Of a stretch of 64,000 nucleotides of DNA, positions 10,048 through 19,314 are shown piece by piece (the first letter of the stretch is position 1; the number at the start of each line of letters is the position of its first letter). The translations under genes and the position numbers were made by a program. The stretch covers positions 1,350-65,349 of the forward strand of contig CAIQDX010000013.1 in the NCBI GenBank assembly GCA_903870685.1, given 5' to 3'. The notes under the pieces are model-generated. The model was not told the origin of the DNA. It was given only the letters and a program-made list of their open reading frames with translations, and did not search any database. This DNA is from an uncultured Chitinophagaceae bacterium. GTDB lineage: Bacteria; Bacteroidota; Bacteroidia; Chitinophagales; Chitinophagaceae.

Positions 10048-10078
10048 ATAAAAAAGTGAACTTAATGAGTTCACTTTA
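10048..10078 (-). terminator. Rho-independent terminator after rpoD
   Basis: AGTGAAC/GTTCACT 7-bp stem (10055-10075) followed on the minus strand by a T-run. Confidence 0.65.
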
Positions 10079-10111
10079 AAATGAGGTGCAAATATAATCG
10101 GAGATTTTGTT

Positions 10112-10984
10112 TTATCCGAGATAAACCTTCAAATGCTTGCAGCGACTGGTGCTACGAAGTTTATTAATTGCTTTATCTTTTATTTGACGAACTCGTTCAC
10201 GGGTCAAATTAAATCGAGCGCCAATATCTTCAAGACTTAAAGCATTATCAATTCCAATTCCAAAAAAATAACATATCACAGCTTTTTGTCTGTCGGTTAA
10301 CGATAACATACTACGTTCAATCTCTGTACGCAATGATTCGTGATATTCTAATTTAGAATCAGTTTTTTCAGCATTAGGATTAATCATCACATCCATTAAG
10401 GTACTATCCTCTCCATCGGATAAAGGAGTGTCCATACTGATATGGCGAGTGCCGACATTCATTGTTGCTCTAATTTCTTCCAAATCCATATCCAACAAAT
10501 TTGCTAATTCTTCTGCAGTTGGTTCTCTTTCAAACTCCTGTTCTAATTGCTGATAAGCTTTACTGATTCGATTGGATAATCCAACTTTATTCAATGGTAA
10601 TCGAACAATACGGCTTTGTTCAGCCAATGCTTGTAAAATACTCTGACGAATCCACCAAACTGCGTAAGAAATAAATTTAAAGCCACGTGTTTCATCAAAA
10701 CGAAGTGCAGCTTTAATTAAACCAAGGTTTCCTTCATTAATCAAATCGGGTAATGTTAATCCCTGATTTTGGTATTGTTTCGCAACAGATACCACGAATC
10801 TTAAATTTGATTTTACCAATCGATCCAACGCTCGCTGATCGCCATTTTTAATTAGTATTGCCAGGTTTACCTCTTCTTCGGCAGAAATAAGGTCTACTTT
10901 TCCAATCTCTTGCAAATACTTTTCTAAGCTTTGGCTTTCGCGATTGGTGATAGATTTTGAAATCTTGAGTTGACGCATACTCAT
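10112..10984 (-). CDS. rpoD: Primary-type RNA polymerase sigma-70 factor (short Bacteroidota RpoD architecture)
   Basis: Regions 2-4 are present ([23 protein letters not shown]); 290 aa. Confidence 0.9.
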   Translation of the reverse strand: MSMRQLKISKSITNRESQSLEKYLQEIGKVDLISAEEEVNLAILIKNGDQRALDRLVKSNLRFVVSVAKQYQNQGLTLPDLINEGNLGLIKAALRFDETRGFKFISYAVWWIRQSILQALAEQSRIVRLPLNKVGLSNRISKAYQQLEQEFEREPTAEELANLLDMDLEEIRATMNVGTRHISMDTPLSDGEDSTLMDVMINPNAEKTDSKLEYHESLRTEIERSMLSLTDRQKAVICYFFGIGIDNALSLEDIGARFNLTRERVRQIKDKAINKLRSTSRCKHLKVYLG

Positions 10985-11253
10985 ATATGCAGTATTAGGT
11001 TATGGTGGGTTGAATTTTTTTACGAAAAAATCAGTCTCCTCAGCGTCATATTGTTATAGCAATTTAAGAAACTTACATAATACCTTCCAAAAAAATTATT
11101 GTTGCAACATCAAAAACGATAATTGAGTTGTTTTTTACCCGCTTAAAAACAACCTTTTACCAACATTCCTATCGCATTTAAAAAAAAACATTTGGATGCT
11201 GTGGATTATTTAATATTATTGCAGCCCTACGTTTGTAGTTTAATTAGACATTA

Positions 11254-11637
11254 ATGAGTAAGAAGCAATTATTTACTATCGAATTTCCGGTGCGTTGCTC
11301 ACCGAGTATTTTGTATGAATTTTTAAGCACCCCTGCTGGATTGCAAGAATGGTTTGCCGATAAGGTAGATGAATGGGAAGGTGTTTACAGTTTTACATGG
11401 AATGGTGGCACGCCTGATAAAGCTGAAATTAAAGAAAAAGAAGAAGATAAATTTATTCGATTCAGGTGGTTGCATTCTGAAAAGAACGAATACTTTGAAT
11501 TCAAAATTGAAAAAACTGAAATCTCTAACCAAACAATTTTGGTTATAAAAGATTTTGCAGAAAAAAGTGAAATCAAAGATCAGAGCCAATTGTGGAGTTA
11601 CCAGATAAAAGAATTATTTCATCGATTAGGTAGCTAA
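11254..11637 (+). CDS. START/SRPBCC (AHSA1-like) domain protein
   Basis: 127 aa; the pattern LYEFLSTPAGLQEWFADKV is typical of small Bacteroidota START-like proteins. Confidence 0.55.
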   Translation: MSKKQLFTIEFPVRCSPSILYEFLSTPAGLQEWFADKVDEWEGVYSFTWNGGTPDKAEIKEKEEDKFIRFRWLHSEKNEYFEFKIEKTEISNQTILVIKDFAEKSEIKDQSQLWSYQIKELFHRLGS

Positions 11638-11645
11638 TTTTTTTT

Positions 11646-12215
11646 CTACAATAAACCCAGCATCGTTTCGAAGGTTTCTTTTAAAAATATTTCAACATCA
11701 TCCCACTGATGAAGTGGGATTTTTTTTGCCAGCTTTATAAAAGATAACTGTTGGATTTCTTCTTCAGAAAATTCGTTCAACAGTTTATAATTATCATTTC
11801 TGAAATGATATTGCCATTCATTTTTATTACAACACAAATACCAATCAGGTTTTTCTTGCAACTTGAAATTTGCGACTTGAAGCTTATTTCTAAATTTTCC
11901 TTTCAATTGCAATGTGATTGAAAAATAATTGCCCCACCAGAAATAGGTTCTGATAGCAAAAACATCCTTCTCTGTAAAATATCTTGGATAATCGAGCATC
12001 ACCCATGGCAATCCTTCATAATTTTCGCCTTTCGAAATTTTTGGTGAGATAATTTTTATTTCATCTTCTAAAAAATTATTCGCCTCTTTTACAGCATAAT
12101 CGCTCATCTCACCAAATAAATCATATACTTTGGTAATTATTTTGTTCTTTGTTAAAATAAAATCAGCATTGGTAACTAAGTCCAATTCTCTTTGCGAAAG
12201 TTTTACATTTGCCAT
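11646..12215 (-). CDS. Conserved hypothetical protein
   Basis: Clean 189-aa ORF with no recognisable motif. Confidence 0.55.
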   Translation of the reverse strand: MANVKLSQRELDLVTNADFILTKNKIITKVYDLFGEMSDYAVKEANNFLEDEIKIISPKISKGENYEGLPWVMLDYPRYFTEKDVFAIRTYFWWGNYFSITLQLKGKFRNKLQVANFKLQEKPDWYLCCNKNEWQYHFRNDNYKLLNEFSEEEIQQLSFIKLAKKIPLHQWDDVEIFLKETFETMLGLL

Positions 12216-13684
12216 TCACAATAGTAAGAAAGCATCCGTTGATAAAAAAATTAGACATACTCATTATCCGTGCATTCATTGGTCCTTTTTTGGCAACCTT
12301 TCTTATTTCGCTATTTGTTTTAGTGATGCAATTTTTTTGGTTATACATTGATGATCTTGTTGGCAAAGGATTAGATTTTGGAACTTTAGCTTATCTCACG
12401 GGCATGGTTGCCATCACATGGGTGCCGCTGGCATTGCCATTGGCCTTGTTGCTTTCTTCCATCATGACCTTTGGTAATTTGGGCGAAACATTCGAGATCG
12501 TTGCTATTAAAGCTGCCGGTATTCCTTTGTTACGTTTTATGCGACCATTATTAATAGTTACCGTTTTTATTAGTGGCATTGCATTTTTATTTGCCAATAA
12601 TATTATTCCAGTGGCACAATTAAAATTAGCTGCGATCAAATATGATATTATTGTTTCGAAACCGGCATTTGATATTAAAGAAGGTGTTTTTTATAACAGG
12701 ATTGAAGGTTACATTATTAAATTAGGAAAGAAAGATAAAGACGACAGCACTATTCATAATGTTGTTATTTATAAAAAAACTTACAACCTTCAAGACAATT
12801 TATTAATTGGCGAAAGTGGTATCATGCGTGTAACTGCTGATAAAAAGTTTTTAGAATTTATTTTGAAGAATGGATACAGTTACGAAGAGAAAGGTCCGAG
12901 AATGAACCTGGCAACCGATTTCACTAAAACAGGTTTTAAAGAATATAAAAAAGTTTTTGATCTGAATAGTTTCAGATTAAATAAGTCGGCCGACAGTTCT
13001 TTCAAATACGATCCGAAAATGTTAAGCGTTCGTCAGTTAAATACAACAATTGATTCGCTTGAGAATGTTGGAAAAATTTATTTAAAAAGAGCAACCATTG
13101 AACTAAATCCATTTTTCTCTTTTGGCAAATATGCAGATTCAAGTTGGCCAAAAGCTGATACAGTTGCAATGAAAAAAATAAGAAATCTCAGCGCAATCAT
13201 TCCGGATTCAGTTCGTGGATTAGTTGGCGATAGAGCGATTGCTGAAGTTAATTCTTCAAAAAGCAGCATTAATTTATTATCGGATGATTACTTATTAAAA
13301 ATGCAATCACTCCGTAATCATGAAATTGAGTGGCATCGCAAGTTTACACTAAGTGTTGCCTGTTTGGTTTTATTTTTAATTGGTGCACCATTGGGTTCAA
13401 TCATTCGCAAAGGTGGTTTAGGAACACCATTAGTTTTCGCTATCATATTCTTTGTGATATTCCATTTACTCAACACTTTTGGAGAAAAATTTGCCAAATC
13501 ATTTGAGATGAATGCAATTGGTGGTATGTGGCTTTCAACATTTATTTTAATTCCAATCGGCGGATTTCTTACTTATAAAGCCATGAAAGATTCACAATTA
13601 TTTAATCAGGAATATTATTATCGCACCTTTAAAAAATTGCGACCGTTTTTTGCTAATTTCAAATTCTTTAAATCTTCACAATAA
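12209..13684 (+). CDS. LptF/LptG family permease
   Basis: N-terminus KKLDILIIRAFIGPFLATF, a periplasmic middle domain and three C-terminal TM segments. The true start may be TTG at 12239, which would remove the 7-nt head-to-head overlap with the neighbour. Confidence 0.8.
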   Translation: MPFTIVRKHPLIKKLDILIIRAFIGPFLATFLISLFVLVMQFFWLYIDDLVGKGLDFGTLAYLTGMVAITWVPLALPLALLLSSIMTFGNLGETFEIVAIKAAGIPLLRFMRPLLIVTVFISGIAFLFANNIIPVAQLKLAAIKYDIIVSKPAFDIKEGVFYNRIEGYIIKLGKKDKDDSTIHNVVIYKKTYNLQDNLLIGESGIMRVTADKKFLEFILKNGYSYEEKGPRMNLATDFTKTGFKEYKKVFDLNSFRLNKSADSSFKYDPKMLSVRQLNTTIDSLENVGKIYLKRATIELNPFFSFGKYADSSWPKADTVAMKKIRNLSAIIPDSVRGLVGDRAIAEVNSSKSSINLLSDDYLLKMQSLRNHEIEWHRKFTLSVACLVLFLIGAPLGSIIRKGGLGTPLVFAIIFFVIFHLLNTFGEKFAKSFEMNAIGGMWLSTFILIPIGGFLTYKAMKDSQLFNQEYYYRTFKKLRPFFANFKFFKSSQ

Positions 13685-13696
13685 AAATTTTGAACC

Positions 13697-14443
13697 ATGA
13701 AAAACAAAAATACAAGTCGCAGAAATTTTATTGCAAACACCGGTAAAGCCGGACTTGCAATTGGTTTAAGTGCCACAGTTTTACCGTCGCTTGCAAATCG
13801 GTTTAATGCTGCTTCATCTGCAACCGGTATTCCTTATTCGCAACAACCATTGTTATATGGTTATAAAGATTTGGAAGTTTCGATCGATGCATTAACAATG
13901 GAAATTCATTATTCAAAACATGCTGCCACTTACGCAAAAAATTTAGCTGATGCAGTTGTTGCTGAAAAAATTGATACAAAAGCAATATCGCTGGAAGACT
14001 TGATGGCAAAGGTTTCTAAGTATTCGCCAAAAGTTAGGAATAATGGTGGCGGACATTATAATCACGAATTGTTTTGGCAAAGTATGAGTCCGAAATCTTC
14101 TGCAAAACCTGATGGAAAATTATTATCAAGTATTGAAAAAGATTTTGGTTCGTTCGAAACTTTTAAAACACAATTTACCGATGCTGGTAAAAACAGATTT
14201 GGCAGTGGCTGGGCATGGCTGGTAATTAATAACGATAAAAAATTAATTATCGGTTCAACACCAAACCAGGATAATCCGTTGATGGATGTAAGTGATTTAA
14301 AAGGAACACCATTATTAGGATTGGATGTTTGGGAACATGCTTATTATTTGCGTTATCAAAATAAACGCCCTGATTATATTAATGCCTGGTGGAATGTTGT
14401 TAATTGGGAAATTGTTCAAAAAAGATTTGATGCAGCGAGTTAA
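13697..14443 (+). CDS. Fe/Mn superoxide dismutase with a twin-arginine signal peptide
   Basis: Tat motif SRRNFIANTG; SOD motifs HYSKHAATY and DVWEHAYYL. Confidence 0.9.
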   Translation: MKNKNTSRRNFIANTGKAGLAIGLSATVLPSLANRFNAASSATGIPYSQQPLLYGYKDLEVSIDALTMEIHYSKHAATYAKNLADAVVAEKIDTKAISLEDLMAKVSKYSPKVRNNGGGHYNHELFWQSMSPKSSAKPDGKLLSSIEKDFGSFETFKTQFTDAGKNRFGSGWAWLVINNDKKLIIGSTPNQDNPLMDVSDLKGTPLLGLDVWEHAYYLRYQNKRPDYINAWWNVVNWEIVQKRFDAAS

Positions 14444-14461
14444 AAACTTGCAATGAAAACA

Positions 14462-14529
14462 GTACGTTGAAGAGTGCGACGCAACAGGCGATGCCATGAA
14501 ATACAAAAGCTCGTAACAAAATAAAAAAA
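14462..14529 (+). repeat. Intergenic repeat copy 3
   Basis: GTACGTTGAAGAGTGCGACGCAACAGGCGATGCCATGAAATACAAAAGCTCGTAACAAAATAAAAAAA; lies between the SOD stop and its terminator. Confidence 0.9.
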
Positions 14530-14532
14530 TTA

Positions 14533-14572
14533 AACAGCACAAAGCATTGATAGTTTTGTGCTGTTATTTTTT
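14533..14572 (+). terminator. Rho-independent terminator after the SOD gene (downstream of repeat copy 3)
   Basis: 11-bp stem AACAGCACAAA/TTTGTGCTGTT followed by ATTTTTT. Confidence 0.8.
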
Positions 14573-14584
14573 AAAATAAAAAAT

Positions 14585-14995
14585 ATGAAAGCAACAGCAA
14601 AATGGGTGAGCAATTTAGCATTTGATGCAGTGAGCGATAATAACCATACCATTCGTTTAGACACAACTATTGCAGGTGGAAGTATTGATAGCGGCATGAG
14701 CCCGAAACAATTGCTGCTGGCTTCTTTGTGCGGTTGCAGCGGTATGGATGTGGTGAGTATTTTAGATAAGATGAAAGTTAAATATTCGAAGATCGAAATT
14801 GAAGCTGAAGCCGAACAAACCGATACACAACCAAAAGTTTTTATAGACATTAAAATGATCTATAAAGCTGATGTAACTGTTGCTGATATTGATAAATTAA
14901 ATCGTGCAGTTGAATTATCGCACGAAAAATATTGCGGCGTTTCCGCCATGCTAAAAAAGCATTGCAATATTACTTACAAGGTTGAGTTGATTTAA
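14585..14995 (+). CDS. OsmC family peroxiredoxin-like protein
   Basis: Two conserved Cys contexts (LASLCGCSGMDV and HEKYCGVSAML). Start set to ATG 14585 because the ORF-track start of 14558 lies inside the upstream terminator. Confidence 0.8.
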   Translation: MKATAKWVSNLAFDAVSDNNHTIRLDTTIAGGSIDSGMSPKQLLLASLCGCSGMDVVSILDKMKVKYSKIEIEAEAEQTDTQPKVFIDIKMIYKADVTVADIDKLNRAVELSHEKYCGVSAMLKKHCNITYKVELI

Positions 14996-15004
14996 GTTTT
15001 ACAT

Positions 15005-16024
15005 TTGACTCTCAAAAAAAATTTCTTGCAAAAAGCGCAACAAAATTTTCGATTGCAATCATGGGTCACTGCATTAAGTGTGCTGTTATTTGTGGCAAAA
15101 ATTATTGCATATTATCTCACACATTCTTTAGCAATTTTAACTGATGCATTAGAAAGTATTGTTAATGTACTTGCCGGTTTTATCGGATTATTTTCTTTGT
15201 ATGTTGCTGCGAAACCAAGAGATACCGAACATCCTTATGGTCATGGTAAAGCGGAGTTTGTATCAGCTGCTGCAGAAGGTGCATTGATTGTTGCTGCAGG
15301 GTTCTTTATTATTTACGAAACGGTTCAAAACATTATTACAAAAAATCCGATTGAACAATTAGATACAGGATTAATTCTTGTTGGTATAACAGGTGCAATA
15401 AATTTTATTGCAGGCTCTGTTTGTATTAAACTTGGAAAGAAAAATAATTCGCTTGCATTACAAGCAAGCGGTAAGCATCTGCACATCGATACTTATTCAA
15501 CCATTGCAATCATCGCAGGATTATTAATTATTTTATTTACACAAATATTTTGGTTAGATAAATTAATTGCCGCAGTGTTAAGCATTGTCATAATTTACAA
15601 TGGATATAAAATTCTTCGTTCATCATTAGCCGGTATCATGGATGAGGCTGATATGAATTTGATAAACCAATTTGTTGAAATATTAAATAAGAACAGAAGA
15701 GAGAACTGGATTGATGTTCACAATCTTCGTGTAATCAAATACGGCAGCACTTTACACATAGATTGTCATTTAACAGTGCCATGGTATTTGAATGTTCATG
15801 AAGCACATAATGAAGTTGATGCATTAGAAAAAATAATTACAAAAACATTTTCTGATTCCATCGAATCTTTTGTTCACACCGATGGTTGTTTACCTTTTAG
15901 TTGCAACATCTGTTCTAAAAATGATTGTGAGAAAAGACAACATCCTTTTACGCATCAAATTAATTGGACTTTAAAAAATATCATCACCAATCAAAAACAT
16001 AATTCTGAAACAAGTAATAATTAA
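15005..16024 (+). CDS. Cation diffusion facilitator family transporter
   Basis: Six TM segments with LTDALESIVN and HPYGHGKAEF motifs plus a cytoplasmic C-terminal domain; TTG start in the ORF track. Confidence 0.85.
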   Translation: MTLKKNFLQKAQQNFRLQSWVTALSVLLFVAKIIAYYLTHSLAILTDALESIVNVLAGFIGLFSLYVAAKPRDTEHPYGHGKAEFVSAAAEGALIVAAGFFIIYETVQNIITKNPIEQLDTGLILVGITGAINFIAGSVCIKLGKKNNSLALQASGKHLHIDTYSTIAIIAGLLIILFTQIFWLDKLIAAVLSIVIIYNGYKILRSSLAGIMDEADMNLINQFVEILNKNRRENWIDVHNLRVIKYGSTLHIDCHLTVPWYLNVHEAHNEVDALEKIITKTFSDSIESFVHTDGCLPFSCNICSKNDCEKRQHPFTHQINWTLKNIITNQKHNSETSNN

Positions 16025-16092
16025 TTGTTGATTTTACTCATTAAAAATTAATAGAAACAAATTTATCTTCGTTCAAAATTAAAACACCGATT

Positions 16093-17463
16093 ATGCAAGT
16101 TTGGAAAGATTATCAGGAAAAAAACAAAGAAAGGTTCTTAAATGAATTATTGGAATTGCTCCGTATTCCAAGTGTTAGTTCCAGAAGTGAACACAAACAA
16201 GATATGATTCGCTGTGCCGAATCAGTTAAACAACATTTTCTAGATGCAGGCGCCGATACCGTAACAATTTATCCAACCGAAGGTCATCCGGTTGTGTATG
16301 GCGAAAAATTTGTTGATGCATCAAAGCCAACAGTTTTAGTATACGGACATTATGATGTACAACCAGTCGATCCGCTGGAACTCTGGCACAGCGGGCCTTT
16401 TGAGCCGGTGATAAAAGATGGAAAAATTTTTGCAAGAGGTTCAGCCGATGATAAAGGACAATTCTTTATGCATGTAAAAGCTTTGGAAACTTTAGTAAAA
16501 ACAAATACACTTTCAACAAACATTAAATTTATTATTGAAGGTGAAGAAGAAATTGGAAGTCCTAATTTGGCAAAGTTTGTAAAAGCAAATAAAGAATTAT
16601 TAAAAGCCGATGTTATTTTAATCAGCGATACTTCGATGCTTAGCATGGATACACCTTCCATCGATGTTGGCGTTCGCGGATTAAGTTATATCGAAGTTGA
16701 AGTTACTGCTGCCAACCGCGATCTGCACAGCGGTGTGTATGGCGGTGCTGTTGCAAATCCAATCACTGTTTTGGCAAAGATGATTGCTTCTTGTCACGAT
16801 GAAAATAATCACATCACCATTCCGGGATTTTATGATGATGTTGTAAATGCAACTTCCGAAGAAAGAGCAAAAATGGCTAAAGCTCCTTTCGATGAAAATG
16901 AATACAAAAAAGATTTAGGTGTTGCAGAATTGTGGGGCGAAAAAGGTTATACAACAAATGAAAGAACAGGCATTCGTCCAACCATTGAGGTAAATGGAAT
17001 TTGGGGCGGTTACCAGGGCGAAGGTGCAAAAACTGTTTTGCCCGGAAAAGCATTTGCAAAAATTTCTGCACGTTTGGTTCCTAATCAATCATCAACAAAA
17101 ATCACCGAAAAATTAATTAATTATTTTACAAGCATTGCACCAAAAAGTGTTACGGTAAAAGCTGCAGAACACCATGGTGGCGAGCCTTACATGACACCAA
17201 TCGATTCTAACGAATATCGTGCAGCCGCAAAAGCAGTGGCAGCAACGTTTGGCAAAGAACCTATTCCTGTTCGGGGCGGTGGAAGTATTCCTATTTGTGC
17301 TTTGTTCGAGCAAGTGTTGGGAATAAAAATTGTGTTCATGGGTTTTGGTTTGGATAGCGATAACCTTCATTCGCCCAACGAAAAATTCGATCTCGTTAAT
17401 TTTTATAAAGGCATCGAAACCATTCCTTATTTCCACCAGTTCTATGCTGAAATGAAAAAGTAA
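16093..17463 (+). CDS. M20 family dipeptidase
   Basis: HYDVQPVD, GSADDKG, EGEEEIGS metal-ligand motifs; 456 aa. Confidence 0.85.
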   Translation: MQVWKDYQEKNKERFLNELLELLRIPSVSSRSEHKQDMIRCAESVKQHFLDAGADTVTIYPTEGHPVVYGEKFVDASKPTVLVYGHYDVQPVDPLELWHSGPFEPVIKDGKIFARGSADDKGQFFMHVKALETLVKTNTLSTNIKFIIEGEEEIGSPNLAKFVKANKELLKADVILISDTSMLSMDTPSIDVGVRGLSYIEVEVTAANRDLHSGVYGGAVANPITVLAKMIASCHDENNHITIPGFYDDVVNATSEERAKMAKAPFDENEYKKDLGVAELWGEKGYTTNERTGIRPTIEVNGIWGGYQGEGAKTVLPGKAFAKISARLVPNQSSTKITEKLINYFTSIAPKSVTVKAAEHHGGEPYMTPIDSNEYRAAAKAVAATFGKEPIPVRGGGSIPICALFEQVLGIKIVFMGFGLDSDNLHSPNEKFDLVNFYKGIETIPYFHQFYAEMKK

Positions 17464-17487
17464 ATAATTCAAAAAATAACAACTAAA

Positions 17488-17522
17488 ATCAACAATCATA
17501 AAAATGGTTGTTGATTTTTTTG
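17488..17522 (+). terminator. Rho-independent terminator after the M20 dipeptidase gene
   Basis: ATCAACAA/TTGTTGAT stem followed by TTTTTTT. Confidence 0.7.
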
Positions 17523-17572
17523 TTACCAACTACAACACTTTAATCATCACCGGTTGCGTCGCACACTTGTAC
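17515..17572 (-). repeat. Intergenic repeat copy 4
   Basis: TTTTTTTGTTACC...GGTTGCGTCGCACACTTGTAC; its T-run is shared with the terminator of the M20 peptidase gene. Confidence 0.9.
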
Positions 17573-17717
17573 TGCATAACATTGTTCATCTTTTTTAACG
17601 TCACTAACACTAAGATGCACTAAGAAAATTCTTTACATTTCTTTGTGCCTTTGAGCCTTCGTGGCAAAAAATTATTTGCGTAAATCCGTGTTCGCATCAT
17701 TTCATTATTTTTGAATC

Positions 17718-18107
17718 ATGAGCGAAGCGAAAGAAAAATTAAGGATCGATAAATATCTCTGGGCAATTCGTTTATTTAAAACACGCAGTCAGGCCGGCGA
17801 TGCATGCAGCAAAGGCAAAGTAAAATTCTTGGGCGAAAATATTAAAGCTTCAAAAATTATAAACATCAACGATGAATACGAAGTAAAAACAGAAAATAAA
17901 AGATGGCGAATTAAAGTAACTGGTTTATTGGAAAAACGTGTGCAGTACAGCGAAGCCATAAAATTTTATACTGATATCACACCTCCTGAAGAGCTCGACA
18001 GGATTGCATTTCAGGCCGCAACATTCAATACCGGCAAACGCCAAAGTAAAATTGGACGACCAACCAAAAAAGATAAAAGAGACCTGGATGATTTTATGGA
18101 AAGTTAA
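17718..18107 (+). CDS. hslR: S4-domain RNA-binding protein (heat shock protein 15-like)
   Basis: LRIDKYLWAIRLFKTRSQA S4 motif; 129 aa with a basic tail. Confidence 0.75.
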   Translation: MSEAKEKLRIDKYLWAIRLFKTRSQAGDACSKGKVKFLGENIKASKIININDEYEVKTENKRWRIKVTGLLEKRVQYSEAIKFYTDITPPEELDRIAFQAATFNTGKRQSKIGRPTKKDKRDLDDFMES

Positions 18108-18121
18108 TTATCTTATAAAAA

Positions 18122-18574
18122 ATGCTTATGAAAAGTTTGTGTCTTTTTTTCGTTTTAATTTTTTCGTTGAGTATTTTATCAGCCCAACAAAAATTTAAGG
18201 TTAAGAATTCTATGGGAACTATAACTGAGATTCTAAGACAAGATTCTTTTCCAGCAGGATACAGATCTTTAGAATTATATATCAAACAAAATACAAATCC
18301 ACGTCTTGGTTGCAAATGTTTGAAAATACCTGCAAAAGATAGTGTTATTAGAAAAACTGTAGTTGTAGATTTTATAATTAGTGAAGATGGATACCCAATT
18401 GAATTGCACGTTGAGAATGAAAATACAATTAATAGAAAACTAGTTAAAGAATCTATAAGAGTTATAAAACAAAGCCCACAATGGACACCTTCTGTGCAAA
18501 ATGGAATCAAAGTGATTATTCGCCATAGAAGCTTTATTTACTTTGAATGTAAGAAAAAGACGAAACAAATTTAA
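18122..18574 (+). CDS. Secreted TonB C-terminal-like domain protein
   Basis: Signal peptide, then FPAGYRSLELYI...VVVDFIISEDG...PQWTPSVQNG, resembling a TonB_C fold. Confidence 0.5.
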   Translation: MLMKSLCLFFVLIFSLSILSAQQKFKVKNSMGTITEILRQDSFPAGYRSLELYIKQNTNPRLGCKCLKIPAKDSVIRKTVVVDFIISEDGYPIELHVENENTINRKLVKESIRVIKQSPQWTPSVQNGIKVIIRHRSFIYFECKKKTKQI

Positions 18575-18612
18575 CTTGTGATTTTACTGGAATCTTTTCA
18601 CAACTTTGCACC

Positions 18613-19296
18613 ATGAACATTCACATCATAACAGTTGCACCAGAATTATTAGAAAGTCCTTTTTCACACAGCATCATGAAACGTGCACAGGATAAGGGTT
18701 TGCTCAATGTGCAATTACATAACTTAAGAAAGTGGGCAATTAATAAACATGCGCAGGTTGACGACTATCAATATGGTGGCGGTGCCGGAATGGTGATGAT
18801 GTGCGAACCTTTGGCAAACGCCATTGATGAATTACAAAAAGAAAAAAAGTTTGATGAAATTATTTTCATGACACCCGATGGTGATGCATTAAATCAACAA
18901 TCAGCCAATCAGTTGTCAATGAAAGAAAATATTTTAATTATTTGCGGACATTACAAAGGCGTCGATCAACGCATTCGTGAATTGTATATCACCAAAGAAA
19001 TTTCTATTGGCGATTATGTATTGAGCGGTGGCGAATTGGCCGCTGCTGTTGTGGTTGATGCGATAGGCAGATTAATTCCCGGTGTGTTGAATGATGAAAC
19101 ATCTGCGCTCTTCGATTCGTTTCAGGATAATTTATTGGCACCACCTGTTTATACGCGTCCTGCTGATTTCAGGGGAATGAAAGTTCCTGAAATATTATTA
19201 CAAGGCGATCCAAAAAAAGTGGAAGAATGGCGTTACGAACAATCATTGCAACACACAAAAGACAGACGCCCTGATCTTTTAAAAAACGATGAATAA
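18613..19296 (+). CDS. trmD: tRNA (guanine37-N1)-methyltransferase
   Basis: DDYQYGGGAGMVM, ICGHYKGVDQR, SIGDYVLSGGE motifs. Confidence 0.95.
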   Translation: MNIHIITVAPELLESPFSHSIMKRAQDKGLLNVQLHNLRKWAINKHAQVDDYQYGGGAGMVMMCEPLANAIDELQKEKKFDEIIFMTPDGDALNQQSANQLSMKENILIICGHYKGVDQRIRELYITKEISIGDYVLSGGELAAAVVVDAIGRLIPGVLNDETSALFDSFQDNLLAPPVYTRPADFRGMKVPEILLQGDPKKVEEWRYEQSLQHTKDRRPDLLKNDE

Positions 19297-19314
19297 AATA
19301 AACCGAATTATTCT

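Noticed and set aside
12209-12215. Head-to-head overlap of the start codons of divergent genes (11646..12215 minus and 12209..13684 plus)
   Set aside because: This is most likely a start-codon artefact. A TTG at 12239 gives the canonical (M)IKKLDILII LptF/G N-terminus and removes the overlap.
14462-14529. Possible conserved micro-peptide encoded in the repeat (for example YVEECDATGDAMKYKSS, or MKYKSS from the internal ATG)
   Set aside because: Reading frames, start codons and stop positions are not conserved among the 14 copies. For example, 44053 gives VQVCDATKMP-stop, and 23830 runs on for 21 codons. Conservation is at the nucleotide level only.
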